Source of the DNA: Styela clava
Lineage: Eukaryota
Assembly (NCBI RefSeq): GCF_964204865.1
Contig: NC_135251.1
Span: 9,486,001 to 9,550,000 of the forward strand
DNA length: 64,000 nt
Direction: 5' to 3'
The translations under genes and the position numbers were made by a program. This document shows positions 1 through 12,460 of this stretch, in pieces; position 1 is the first letter of the stretch, and the number at the start of each line of letters is the position of its first letter. The notes under the pieces were generated by a model. That model was given only the letters and a program-made list of their open reading frames with translations. It searched no databases and was not told the origin of the DNA.

Positions 1-2190
1 CAAAAAATTTCGAGCATTTATCAACAAAAATAAACCTGAAAGTTTGGCATTATCTTCTGCAAATACTTCTAAAATATTTTCACCCACATAGTTTGTGGCA
101 CGACAAGTATAAATTCAATCATCCGGTAATTGTGCTTCTTCAATATATAAGATCGCGTGAGTATCTTCATGGTATTGGTAAACACTCGAATCTTCCTGTA
201 GAGAAACGTTCACCCCATCTTTCATCCATGTTGTTGATGTTGGAGACGGGTAACCAGAGGCATTGCATACAACCTGTCTTGATCCAGTTGTAACCGGAGA
301 GAATATCGTGTATGGATTTATGTTTGTTATGCTGACATTGACTGAAATAAAATATTTTGTTTATAAATGTGTAACAATCGCATAGTTAGCTAAATTCCGT
401 GAGAAATATGAAACTTCGTAAAAAATTATAATATTAGTATCCTTTTAATAGTTTCCATCATTTTTGAGTAATTTAAATTATGAATTATACAAATATTCTG
501 GACTCCCCGTAATCTAAAATATGTGGACATATGAAAGAAAGTATAATTGTACATCTTTTAGATTGCAAAGAAGAAATTGGCGAATTTGTAGATTGATCGA
601 TATGAATATTTTGTCTGTCAAAACTAAACAGAATATAATGTATGATAACTCGGCATTGTGCATGGTAATAATTCAGTGTTAATGGAAGAAGTAGATTTAT
701 AAAAAATAAAGTTATTATTTCTGAACACACATAGTGACAAATGGAAAGGCTTTAATTAATAACAATGATTAGTCACTTGTATAATATTTTAAAAATGAAA
801 GTTTCGATTTATAATTACCTAATGTTCTTCAATGACGTTTCGCAGAACACGCTACTACACTATACAATGTACAAACAAACTTATCCTTATTTGGTTAACC
901 TGTTTTATTACCTATCTGTTTTATGTGTTTATCGACGAATCATCAAAATGATGTAAATTGCATAGCGCTGAACTGTTCCGCATAGTTACAAGTCTTACCG
1001 TGAACTATCAAATCCGTTGTTGCATTTCTTTGATAGTCATTCGATGCAGAGAAAGCAACAAATATATATTTTCCTTCGCTCGATTTGTCTATGTTCTGGA
1101 GTATGAACTGAGTGGTTCCATTGTTGACATTCTCCTGTATATCTATGGGACTTTCAGAACTAATATCTCTGTGGAGCTCAATCGTCAAAGCACCGTCATA
1201 TGTTGTAACATTGATCGGTAGAATGGCGTTCCCTTCAGCAATGGCAATAAGAGATTCAGTTCCTCGAATCTCTATCAAATCTGATAAATAAAAAGTTTTT
1301 GGCCATCAGGAATTGAGCATAAGTGTTGGTTTGCATAAATAATATTACTAATTTGCCATGTTAGTAAAGTGTGATGAATGTGTGATTTTATAATAGAATA
1401 TTCAATAATGAAAATTGTGGTGTCTTATTATAAATTGTTTAACGAGTCAAATGATAATATCTATTACTGTAGTGGAGTGTGTTAACAAGATCAAGTTTCA
1501 TATCAACAACTGATAGCAGTTAGGATTTTATAATCTAATTTGAAACGTCTTCCTTACAAATTTCAAACGAGTTATATAATATCCATCATTTCAGTTTTTA
1601 TAATTCATGCCTGTTTTTTCATTTTCTGTTTATTTATTATGATTGATTTTCATATTATTTATAGAAATTTATATTGAATATATAGAACTATAGGTGAATG
1701 CTATAAATTTCGTTAGAGACTAATTGAAAAATTTGGTTTATAAATGGTCTTTTCCTGTAATTCGTTGAGTATTAACCCTTCATATAAAATCTCTTCTATT
1801 TTTTAGGTATTATATGTGACCAGCACTCACTCTCTGAATGCTCAGAGAATGCCCAATCATTATTATGAATTTCACCATTATCGTTGGTCTATTAGTTTTT
1901 GTGAAGAGCTGTATTAAAAGAGACTTCATATAACAATCATGTTACATCTAATCTGATGGATCTGATGGACAAATGAACACTTTATAAGATTTCAAATAAA
2001 AACTATATCTCATATTATTAACAACTAACGCATAGAAACGAATTAATAAACTGTAAATTAGTTCTACACCAAAAAAATCTTATCGATTCCGTGTTAATTT
2101 TTGCACCAGAAACGCACTTGATATATAATGCAAATCATAATAGTCAATAGTCTTGACATTTAACACCCTAAGAGGAATTCTGATACGTAC

Positions 2191-2316
2191 GGTTGCTAGA
2201 GCAGATGTCGCCGTAAAAACCTAGGATGCAATCACATCTAAAATATGAATCCTGTCCTGGAGTATTTTCACAGCTTCCGCCGTTTCTGCAGGGGTTAGGA
2301 TTGTTTAGGCAGTATT
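2191..2316 (-). CDS. EGF-like domain exon (copy C)
   Basis: YCLNNPNPCRNGGSCENTPGQDSYFRCDCILGFYGDICSSN, six Cys, ttttag acceptor, gtacgt donor. Confidence 0.85.
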
Positions 2317-3100
2317 CTAAAATAAAATAAAATTGTAAAAATATTTTTTTTCAAAAATCATACAGAGTATAAAATCTTCTTAAAAAATATAGAGTTTTCA
2401 AAATTGAACATATTGATTTAAAAATTGCAATGACCTTCTCAGTAAACCTTGTATCATGTTACGTATGTTCACGTTTTGTCCTATAACACGCATTTTATTA
2501 GTAATATTTTATTCAGATTGTTAACAATCACCATTACTAGAGCAGTTATTGTCGAAGTAACTCGACATGAAATAACATCCATAATTTTATCAATTCCTAG
2601 CGATCGATTACCCTAACATGGCGATCGAAGTGCGGGCCACCCCTGGCCTTTAGCATCTATCGCCAACATGCAGCTCCGGAGCCGCATTCGGCCCTTTGTT
2701 ATCGGAGATCTTGCTCATGAATCATTGGTTACAGCAGTTTTTGATAGAAGTTTTTGGGGACTTAATGATAGTGGTTGAATAAGAATAAATACTCTTCACT
2801 AATTACACATAACATCGATTCCCAGAGTATTAGTCGCGAGCGATAAAAATGGGTCGCATTAAGGAGATTCAAGTATGTAAAAACAAACTTCATATTTTCA
2901 TTTTACAGTTTTATCATGTGCTCATAGACTAGATTATTGTATCTTTTGTATTTCATTTAGGTTCTACTCAGTAAGTTTCGTGAGTTTTAATAGTCACTGA
3001 CATTAGATTACATGTTGCTGCTCCAAGGAAGTTTGAGTTTTATAGAAAGAATGTCATATGGCTCTTTGAACGACAAAGGTTGTCAAACCATGGTCTACTC

Positions 3101-4092
3101 CAGTGGTTACCAACCTTTCTACCCTGCTGGACCGGTAAAATTAAATAAAATGTACTCGCGGACCGGCAAATATTTCAAATGAGTGGTACAGAAAATAATA
3201 ACATATATTTGCGTATTATAATGCAATGTCGGGCACTCACTAAGATTTTGGATAAAAAAAAAAAGATAGCCCCGTATGTTAACCAAGATGTCGAACACAT
3301 TTAACGTCGTATGTTTTCCAGGTTAGGCTTGGGCCATAATACCAGGTACAGGTACAAATAGAACGGGAGTCACTTGGCTAGTCCCCGAACTACTAATAAA
3401 ACTAAAATGAGGAAAATTGGATTAAAGTTATGGCCTAACCCTAACCTGGTACAAATATTACATTCCAGTGACCGCTATCTTGGTTCACATACTACGGAGT
3501 TACCAAAAAATGCTCACTTAAAAACATTTTAGGTGAAGAAAAACTATTAAATGATGCGCCGCTCAAAAATTGAAATGTGTACATAAAATAATACTATGTA
3601 TTTGTGTAAAAAAATGCAGTGATGGGCACCCGCACCAATGATGCGTATAAACGCCACACAGAAAACATCTCACATAATAAAAAAAACATGTACATGCCAA
3701 ACCATGTACAAACACAATAAACAATACTGAGGATTTTGCTGGTGGTTCTTTTAAAATATCGGATTGCAAATGAAGCTCCAAAGAAGTTTCTGCAACACGT
3801 AGCTCTTCATCGACGTCCAGTTTAATTTCTTTGCTTTGTTTCAATTAAAGCTGGCGATGAATCGAACCGAAACAGCGAAAAGTATAAATACTCAGCGCCA
3901 AAACATCGCTGGACCATTATTACCGCACTTATCGAACAGCAATATGACGGCAGACGAGAAATTGCGTAATAAACCAACGCAACTTCGTCTTTCCGGCTTC
4001 GGTAAAGTGATTGAGACGGCAGAAAAATAACAAAACAACGGAGTTTCTTGCGGACCGGCACCGGTCCGCTGACCATCGGTAGGGAACCACTG
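3101..4092. mobile_element. Non-autonomous hAT (Charlie/Buster-type) element containing a nested MITE
   Basis: TIR CAGTGGTT.CC.ACC at both ends; perfect 8-bp TSD GTCTACTC (3093-3100 and 4093-4100). Confidence 0.85.
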
Positions 4093-4234
4093 GTCTACTC
4101 TTTGGTATTTATCAAAAATGTTGTTAACAGACCAAAATAGGTTTTTCGTCCAGAATATTGAAACGTTAAGATGACAGGGAATTTTATACAATTGGCAATT
4201 CATATCGCGCTATAGAAAAAACCATCATGTACAC

Positions 4235-4668
4235 CAGGGGTCGGCAACCTTTTGTCGCACGCGGGCCAAAATAAAGGTTGCAAGTCATTGGCGGGCCGCA
4301 CATATTTTTAGAATGTTAAAAATCGAATTGATGACCGATGAATCACATTTTATCACACAGATCAGAAGTTAAATTTCAAGCAGCGCGCAAAGACTGAACA
4401 TTTGAATATTTTTTGCGCCATTAAACCATTTGCACTTAGCATCAACTTTTCCGCGTTTTGTTGTCATTTGTCTGAATTATAATTAAATTATAGGCTCAAT
4501 AAACAAGTAATTGTGAATTATATACTTGCTACGTTATAATATAATTTAGTCTACACGTAAATTCTTTTGCGTAAAGAATATAATGGACAAAACAGCTATA
4601 ATTTGTTACTATAATTCAGTGAAGCGTCGCGGGCCAGATTATATTGCTCCGTAGGTTGCCGACCCCTG
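4235..4668. mobile_element. hAT MITE
   Basis: 16-bp TIR CAGGGGTCGGCAACCT; perfect 8-bp TSD ATGTACAC. Confidence 0.9.
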
Positions 4669-5660
4669 ATGTACACGATGCAATATCGGAGTTGGAGCCC
4701 GGCCGTTTTATTTAACTTGTAAATTTTGAGTTCTACTAAACAGGAATTGCAGACTTTAACTGATTATAAAATAAGTCAAAACTTTTTCAATCAAAATAAT
4801 CAAATATGTTTGTATCGGGGTTGGAAACAGAGTTGCGTGGTTATGTTCATTTTCAGGATCAAATTTGAAAAACCTGTTGCTTACTTTTGCGGATTTTCAG
4901 TAAATGTTGGCTACAGCGCTAATTTTTAAATGATTAATTTTGACTTACAATCGATAAAAATGATGGATATTCAGAATATGTCCACTACTACATTATTTTA
5001 ACATCTATTGTGCATTTTGATGGGCTCTCGTATGTTCGCAAACAGAGCCTTGTTTGAATGGAAAGTCGTATAAACTAAGTGTTGTCTGCTCAGAACATAA
5101 AATGTACAGTAGAAACTCTACCTACGAAATTAGGTCGTTCCGGAAGTTGTAAGCTAAAAGTTTCGATCGTAGAAACGTAATAATACCACATGATAAAATA
5201 AATATAACAAGTAATATAACTATCGATTTAAAAAAAAAAGTAAAAAGTCGAAGCATTTAATCAATAAGTCAGAATAAAAAAGTTTAATCGATTCGTCATA
5301 AATAGAAAATTTAAATTGTATATGTCTATGTTGAGGTATAAATTTGGCATTAACACTGGTCTATAAATCATGTGAAGAGCTCTATTAAAGAGAATAAGTG
5401 TAACAACCATGCTATATATCTGATGGATTTTGCTTGTATAAACACAAATGATGACTTTATGAGGTTTTGATTGAAGACTATATCATTTTATTGATAACTT
5501 ACTCCTAAAAACAAACTGATAAACTGTAAGGCAGTCCTACAACAACTAAATCATATTGACTCAGTGGAATTTTTTTTTTCGCATCAAAAATGTATTTTAT
5601 ATACAATGCAAATCATAATAGTCGTGACATTTAACACATATGAGAAATTCTGATACGTAC

Positions 5661-5786
5661 TGTCACTAGAGCAGATGTCGTCGTAGAAACCCGGCATACA
5701 AATACATCTAAGATATGGATCAAGTCCTGGTGTATTCTCGCAGTTTCCTCCATTTTGGCAGGGGTTAGGATTGTTTGAGCAGTAAT
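5661..5786 (-). CDS. EGF-like domain exon (copy B)
   Basis: YCSNNPNPCQNGGNCENTPGLDPYLRCICMPGFYDDICSSD, six Cys, tttcag acceptor, gtacgt donor. Confidence 0.85.
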
Positions 5787-5903
5787 CTGAAATAATAAAA
5801 AAATAGTGAAATTAACTGCTTATGAATTTTCTCAAAAACCATACAGAGTATAAAATCTGTTTGAACTAAACAGTGTAAAGTAAACATTTTTATTAGTCTA
5901 AAC

Positions 5904-6356
5904 CAGGGGTTCCCAAATCGCGGCCCACGGGCCAAATCCGGCCCGCATAACGATTTAAAATGGCCCGCCGAGCTTAAGCGGAATTGTAAAACAGATTTTG
6001 TTTCTACCTTTTTGCAATCTAGAAACCTCCGATTGTTATGTCATTATCACAGTTTAAGCTCGTGTTCATCAGAGCATTCCGATTATATAAGTATCTCAAT
6101 TATACGTACCGGTGTTAGGATCACATAGGCAGTAATTTGGTTTTCAGCCATGTAAGAAAGGTTCGAAGGCTCGTATTCCTCTATTGGAAGGAATTAAACT
6201 TCAGCGATTTATCCACTTTGCCAACGAACTATTTTAGCTCTGTGGCAATACTACATAAAGCGCCATTATGTGTCAAACAAACACGTTTCTTCCGGCCCGC
6301 GAACATCCTTCCGATTCTAATTTTGGCCCGCGGCCAATAAAGTTTGGGAACCCCTG
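5904..6356. mobile_element. hAT MITE
   Basis: TIR CAGGGGTTCCCAAA; subterminal GGCCCG repeats; perfect TSD GTCTAAAC. Confidence 0.9.
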
Positions 6357-6717
6357 GTCTAAACCGTCCTCAGTGAACCTGGTGACATTTTGTATTACAA
6401 TATAATATTAATATAATTAGTTTATCAACAATCACTATCGCTGGAGCAGGTGAGGTCGAAGTATCCCGGCATGCAGTCACATGTATATTACCACGGCATG
6501 CAATCACAGGTATAATACATATGACAAATAGTGAAATTAACTGCTTCAATATTTTCTCAAAAACTATACAGAGTAAAAAATTCGATTGAACTCAACAGAG
6601 TTGTTAAAAAGGAGCATTCGTTCGCGTATTGGTACAACGTCCTGAGTGAACATGCAGACGTTTCATATTATAATACGCCTTTTAATCGTAATATTTTCTA
6701 AGCGTGGTGACAATTAC

Positions 6718-7556
6718 CAGGCTTGTTCACGGGAATGGGATTTCCATGAGAAATGTCTTATGGGATAGGACAGCACATATTTGTATTTACCATGGGACTC
6801 GGGGGACAAAAAATGGCGTATAATTTTGGGGTAAATAATGAAAAGGCATATAATTATGGAATTCCTGTTCATATATTTGAACATGCCTCTCTTGTTAGTT
6901 ATGATATTGAGCACTAACAACTTACTTTGTGAAGCGACTAATAGACACATGTATAATAAATAGTTAAGTGGATTTAAAATTGACAAAGACAGTAAATTTT
7001 GTCGTTTTGCATGTCTCCTCGTACATGTAGTCCTAGTTAGTGGACGCTAACCCCCAAATTGCACATTTTTTTATTGAATTGTATTCAAATGGGAATATCA
7101 AATGACAAAATGAATATAACGAGTTCGGTAACAATCAACATGCTTGTTCATGGGAATGGGATTTTCATGGGAAACCTTCCATGGGATAAGACAACACACA
7201 TTTGTATTTATACGAAATGGCGTATAATTTTGGGGAAAATGAGGGAAAAGCTTATAGGTATGGACTTCGTGTTCATATATTTGAGCATAGCTCTCCTGTT
7301 ATTTATGAAGAGCAAAATATATTCAGAATTCACAATATACTTTGTCAAGGGGCTGATAGACACATTTATAATAGTTAAGTAAATTTAAAGTTAACGAAGA
7401 CTTTAAATTTCGTCGTTTTGTGTGTCGTCTCATTGTACATGTAGTACTAATTAGTGGACGCTAAACCTTGAATGAATTCTTTTTAAGGAATTTTGTTACA
7501 ATGGGAATACCACGGGATGGGATGGGACAGAAAAGTATGTCCCATGGACAAGCCTG
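6718..7556. mobile_element. hAT-like MITE present as a head-to-tail dimer
   Basis: TIR CAGGCTTGT(T/C)CA(C/T)GGGA; TSD ACAATTAC/ACAATCAC; internal duplication 6718-~7100 vs 7139-7556; ATGGGA subterminal repeats. Confidence 0.8.
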
Positions 7557-7564
7557 ACAATCAC

Positions 7565-7690
7565 CGTTGCTCGAGCAGGTGTCGTCGAAGTAACCAGGTA
7601 TGCAATCACATCTATAATATGGATCCTGTCCTGGAGTATTTTTACAGCTTCCTCCGTTTTGGCAGGGGTTAGGATTGTTTGTGCAGTATT
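7565..7690 (-). CDS. EGF-like domain exon (copy A)
   Basis: YCTNNPNPCQNGGSCKNTPGQDPYYRCDCIPGYFDDTCSSN, six Cys, tttcag acceptor, gtgatt donor. Confidence 0.85.
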
Positions 7691-9389
7691 CTGAAATAAT
7701 AAATAGTAAAAATAACTGTTTTTATCTATCTTTTCTTAAAAAACATACAGAGTCAAAACCTCAGAGAGAACCGTACACGATGCTGTATTTAAGACCAAAC
7801 ACATTGATTCAAGAATTGATCTGACGTCCTCAGTAAATCTTGTATTACGTTAACTATGTTTATGTTTTGTATTACAACAAGTATTTTATTAGTAATATTT
7901 TTATTAGTTTATTAGTAAATAATCATCATTGTTAAGCAGTCGTTGCCCAATTAACTAACTTGTCAAGAAATCATTTTCCACAAGCTGAGTCTTGTTTGAA
8001 GGGAAAGGCGTACGAAGCGTGACAGAAAAGTATGTGCTATGTAAGCCTAAAATTTGGTTGCCCGGCACATAAAGTATATACAAATCGCCACTAAATTTTA
8101 GAATGCCTGCTGTTTGTCTACCGATCTTTTGTTTGCGCATACACGCATTGTTTGTTTATGATTTTCCGATACTTCTCAGCATTACGTAACAGCAATTAGT
8201 GACAACAAACAGTAAAAACTACTTACCTTGCGAAAGTCCACATGAACTAAAAGTAGATACGATAGCTACGACCACTACAAAATTTTGCTTTTTCATTATC
8301 TTATAAAACTAATTCACCATTGTTTATTTTAAAATTGTGTTGATCTAGAATTCTAGATAATACCAGATAAGAGATTGATTGAAAGTTTGCTATACGATTT
8401 GCGACATGTTAAAACGAGTCGCTATTTTGTACATCTTTCAAGATTTAAAACTTCAAATAAACTCCGTATATAAGAATAAAATAAATAACTCTCATAAATA
8501 TAGGAAAATTAAAGCAGCATGCTATATGAATATATTTTATGAGCTACAATAGCACTCATCTATAAATAGACTGATGTTACGTCTTAAGTTCGTTATAGAT
8601 GTTTGTTCGATTCGTCTTCATATTATCATATTGGCTCAAATAGGTAATACATGCTGTCTTGCTCATGTTCACTATAGTACGTAAGCTAAACATTATGCCC
8701 ACATATCAGCTAGGTCTGCCGCTTGTGAATGAGGGAATAAAAGTTCACAATCCGCGTTTAATATTCTAAATATATGCTTCACTTCAGAAAAATTTCTTTC
8801 ATTCCTATAGTGTTGAAAAAAGTGTCGCATTACTATTCTCGTGTTATTTATTATTATTTATTATTTATTGACATACTTATATATTAATAAAACAAAATTT
8901 CAATTATCGTGGATTTGCATTCGTAAATCGCAACCAGGACGTTAATAAACCTGCATAATTTAGTACCCATTGACAATTCCGACCCCATACTTACTTACCC
9001 ATATAGTTCTAGCACCCGCGTACAGACTGTATACATGGACATTTGAACCCAAGTACATTTTCACCCACGGACATCTGCATCAATGAATATTTGGAATTAA
9101 ATTTTGTCGAAAACACAACTATTTAGGGTTACCGTGGTTTTTGAATAGACTTAAGTGAAAATATCAAATAATCCATATTTGAAGGGATACAAATGTCGTA
9201 TGTGCAAATGTGAGGCATCGCAATTGTTCTTGGTGTAAATGCACTCAAATCTCCGTGGGTACAAATTTTCGTCGGTGCAAATGTTCTGGGTCCTGTTTAT
9301 ATATATATGGAAAAAACGAGTGCAAATGTGCTGTAATAAACATTCAATTCGTGTTTATAGTATTTTACGGCATTTCTAGCAACTTGTCT

Positions 9390-10230
9390 ACTAGTATATG
9401 AGGAGGGTTGAGACATGGCAATGATTAATCCTATTTAAAAATTGTAGCCAATTTGCCAAATTATGTTAGATGTTGCCAAAGTTATCTGTCGTACATCCGG
9501 GAATACCGTAATAAATTGCAAAATCTGTCATTATCAGTCGACACTGACTTGTTGGAACAGTGACTTTGTCATACGGAGAGTGTTCCCTTACCTTACCTGC
9601 AATATCAATGACGCTCAGTTCCTTGGTTTATCTTGAATTTCTATTACATAAAACCTGTTATTATTCCTTTTCTGCTCTCTATGTTATGCAAGAAATATCA
9701 TCTTCAAATACTACAAAAGCACAACTTTGGTGGCAAAGGATCATTGGAAAATATCGCGAACCTTTATTTGACGGCAAAATCATCCCTGATAACAGCGCCA
9801 TAACTCATCACTGGCCCATTAAAATCTATTCCTCATTCTATTGAAAAACTATCTACTAAATTACTACAGAATGGGTAACTACGAGTTTACCTCGCACAAA
9901 CTAACTTTATACACAGTTGTCTACAACATAAATCATTCAATATATCGAGGTATCGTCGATAAGCGCTTTATTGACAAAGAAGGTAAAGTATAAATATTTG
10001 AATTGAAGATTGCCTACACCTTTCAAGTTCCCAATATCCGTCGATTATTATTTCATCACTGTAAATGTAACTAAATCATTACAGCGATGCCCATTGAACA
10101 AATTTCCAGCAGAAATACCAAGAGTCGTGAGTTGAACATTTTATCATTCATTTTGCTGTTTTCTGCCTCTATATATCCGATACAATCGTCGGAACCGATT
10201 CTTGTGTCAATTGAACTATTTCAAACCGAA
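9390..10230 (-). pseudogene. Heavily decayed, probably coding segment paralogous to 18400-19420
   Basis: Shares blocks with 18400-19420 (e.g. gttggaacagtgac.ttgtcat..ggagagtgt.c.ctt.cc; tatcgtcgat..gc.tttattgacaa). Minus-strand fragments such as FNGPVMSYGAVIRDD look FN3-like, but all frames are interrupted. Confidence 0.35.
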
Positions 10231-11389
10231 CTGCAATTTGCTTGGTAACTTTCTAAATTGTATGCCTCGTAATTGAAAATTGCAGAAAAAATCAAAATAT
10301 ATTTATCTTACCACACATAACATACATTTTCCATTAAATTATCCTTTATCTGATTTGAAACTCGAAAATCAATACACAAATCTGTATTCTTGGTAATATT
10401 TTTAATATTACTTCATTGGCATTGCGACATTTTTGAATAAATCTTGCTATTATCATTTATATTCTGAGTCCTGTATTTGAGAAGTGTTTAGTACAGTGAT
10501 CATGGCAAAAACATCTAAATCCCAAGCTATCACTACGTTATATCACTAGCAGCCGACAAACTATAGTTTGTATTATATGTATTCAAGCTGATAATGGGAT
10601 GACAACGAGCTCCGGTTCAGACTGGCTTCACGTTGCTTTAGCACAAAACGACGCGAAGGTCATAACAAATGTTAACTTACATGAACAGTCAATCTCGTTT
10701 ACATTGAAAAAAGGGGAACGCAAATTTATAACATGAGAGCTATGCTCAAATATATGGACACGTATCGCCACATTGTGGCAAATTTTGATGGCGTCATAGC
10801 AAAAAAAGTAGGAGCCTTCGAGCGAATAATATAGTCTTTACTCACTGAAAATTTCGAAGCAATTGGTCCTGTAATCAAAGAGGAAAGCGATTGTTTCATA
10901 ACGTGTCGAAGAACAAGGATAAGAACAAGAATAAGAACAACAACAACATAATATTGAAACGATCGTTATGTCCACTGACGTGTCCAATGAAATAATCAGG
11001 CAGCGTATATTAGCGTTCCCCAAAACTCAAACTCCGGGCATAACTGAAGCTGATTTCAAAATTTCTTTATTTGCCGTCTTTCTCAGATTGAAGTAATAAA
11101 ACTAGTCATTACAGATATACATATACGTTCAAGTTAAGTAGTCTGTTTTTTAAAGGATAATATGCTTCACAATGAAAAGGCGCTGCATAACAAAATACAA
11201 TAATTTGTACCGCAATTAGCTTTCAAACAAGAGGTTAAAGGTGAACTATTGAAACTTTTGCTGGGATAAGAAATTAAAGTTTCATATTTTGTTTTAGAAA
11301 AAAAGGTATATCCACGTCTTGAAGTATTTGGAAACAATTCTTCCCCGAATGTCAATCTGTCAATGAAAATGTAAAAAACTTTATAAGTT

Positions 11390-12460
11390 TTTATATTATC
11401 AGAACCGGTATGTGACGCAGTTGTTGTGGCCTAGTTGTTGGGGCGACAGACTAGAAATCTGTTGGGCTCTGCCCGCGCAAGTTCACATCCTGCCGATAAC
11501 GCCGTTCCCTTGTTTTAATGAAATCAAATATACTTTTGTTTATATGGTATTCTCTTTGGATACTTCGTTTTTCATCACGATGTTTTCCAAGTCAATGCTG
11601 AGATCTGTTCAAGGGACATATTTGGAATAGGTCGAATTTTTAAATTTGATTTATTCAATATTTTACAAGTTTCTTGCATGGAGCTTCTCTTTGATTTATC
11701 CCCTGTAAACAGATAAACATTTTTTGTTAGGAATTGTATACGTTGTACCACGTTGTATTTTTGTTCAATATATGAAGACCCATTCTTTAATGTTGAAAAT
11801 TAGACAGTGTACCCACTGAATTCTTGTTAATTTTACGGGAAACCAAAATTTTCATATTTTTATATATCAGAAAAAATTTATATCCACCTGTTGTATTTAG
11901 AAACAAATATAATCCGACTGTATATCCGTAAACAGTAATGTAACCACCGCTATAATTTTTACATAATATTATCAGAATCAGAGGTGACGTAGTGTCGTGA
12001 CCGAGTGATAGAAGCGACTGAAAATCTATTGGGCTCCGGCCGCGCAGGTTCCGCAACTTGATCCGTCGAAATAGTTTCTGCATTTTTTACATGGTATTCT
12101 CTTTCAGTACTTTGTTTTTAATCTTAATGTTTCCCTAATCAATGCTGTTGTGATCTGTTGAAAGAAAATGTTTGATAAAGGCCGATTTTTTTAATTCAAT
12201 TTGTTTAACATTTCGCAAGTTCCTTGCTTAGAGTACCTCAAATTTTTGGTTTAATCCCGTGTAAACAAAAAAACAGACACTGTCTAAAATTGCATATACC
12301 CCATCTTCAGTTGGACGCCCGCGCAAGTTCGTATTCTTCCAATAACGCCGTTCCCTTGATTTTTAGTGAAAATTATATATATACATTTGTTTATATGGTA
12401 TTCTCTTTCTGTACTTCGCTTTTCATGCCGATATTTTCCCAGTCAATGCTGGAATCTGTT
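11390..12460 (+). repeat. Three diverged tandem units, each with a tRNA-Ser remnant (11420-11501, ~11989-12070, ~12310-12347) and a shared downstream flank
   Basis: The flank atggtattctcttt...tact t..ttttt...c.a.tcaatgctg...atctgtt recurs at ~11544, ~12090 and ~12395. Confidence 0.75.
11420..11501 (+). pseudogene. tRNA-Ser(AGA) pseudogene
   Basis: 82 nt colinear with eukaryotic tRNA-Ser(AGA): ACAGA-CTAGAAA-TCTGT anticodon arm and long variable arm GGGCTCTGCCC. The D-loop and the T-loop (GTTCACATCC) are mutated. Confidence 0.8.

Larger units (their letters stand above)
36..8296 (-). pseudogene. Signal peptide-EGFx3-Ig-Ig cell-surface/secreted protein gene carrying one in-frame TGA (null allele, young pseudogene or truncated form); continues beyond the window start
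   Basis: Exons, all phase 1: 8296-8227 (MKKQNFVVVVAIVSTFSSCGLSQ, signal peptide); 7690-7565, 5786-5661 and 2316-2191 (126-nt EGF exons, e.g. YCTNNPNPCQNGGSCKNTPGQDPYYRCDCIPGYFDDTC); 1280-999 (Ig-like); 341-36 (Ig: VVCNASGYPSPTSTTWMKDG..AQLPDD*IYTCRATNYVG, TGA at 115-117). Confidence 0.75.

Noticed and set aside
115-117. Selenocysteine or readthrough interpretation of the TGA
   Set aside because: The position is a conserved Gly (GGA in the paralogue), not Cys, and no SECIS can be assessed in the window.
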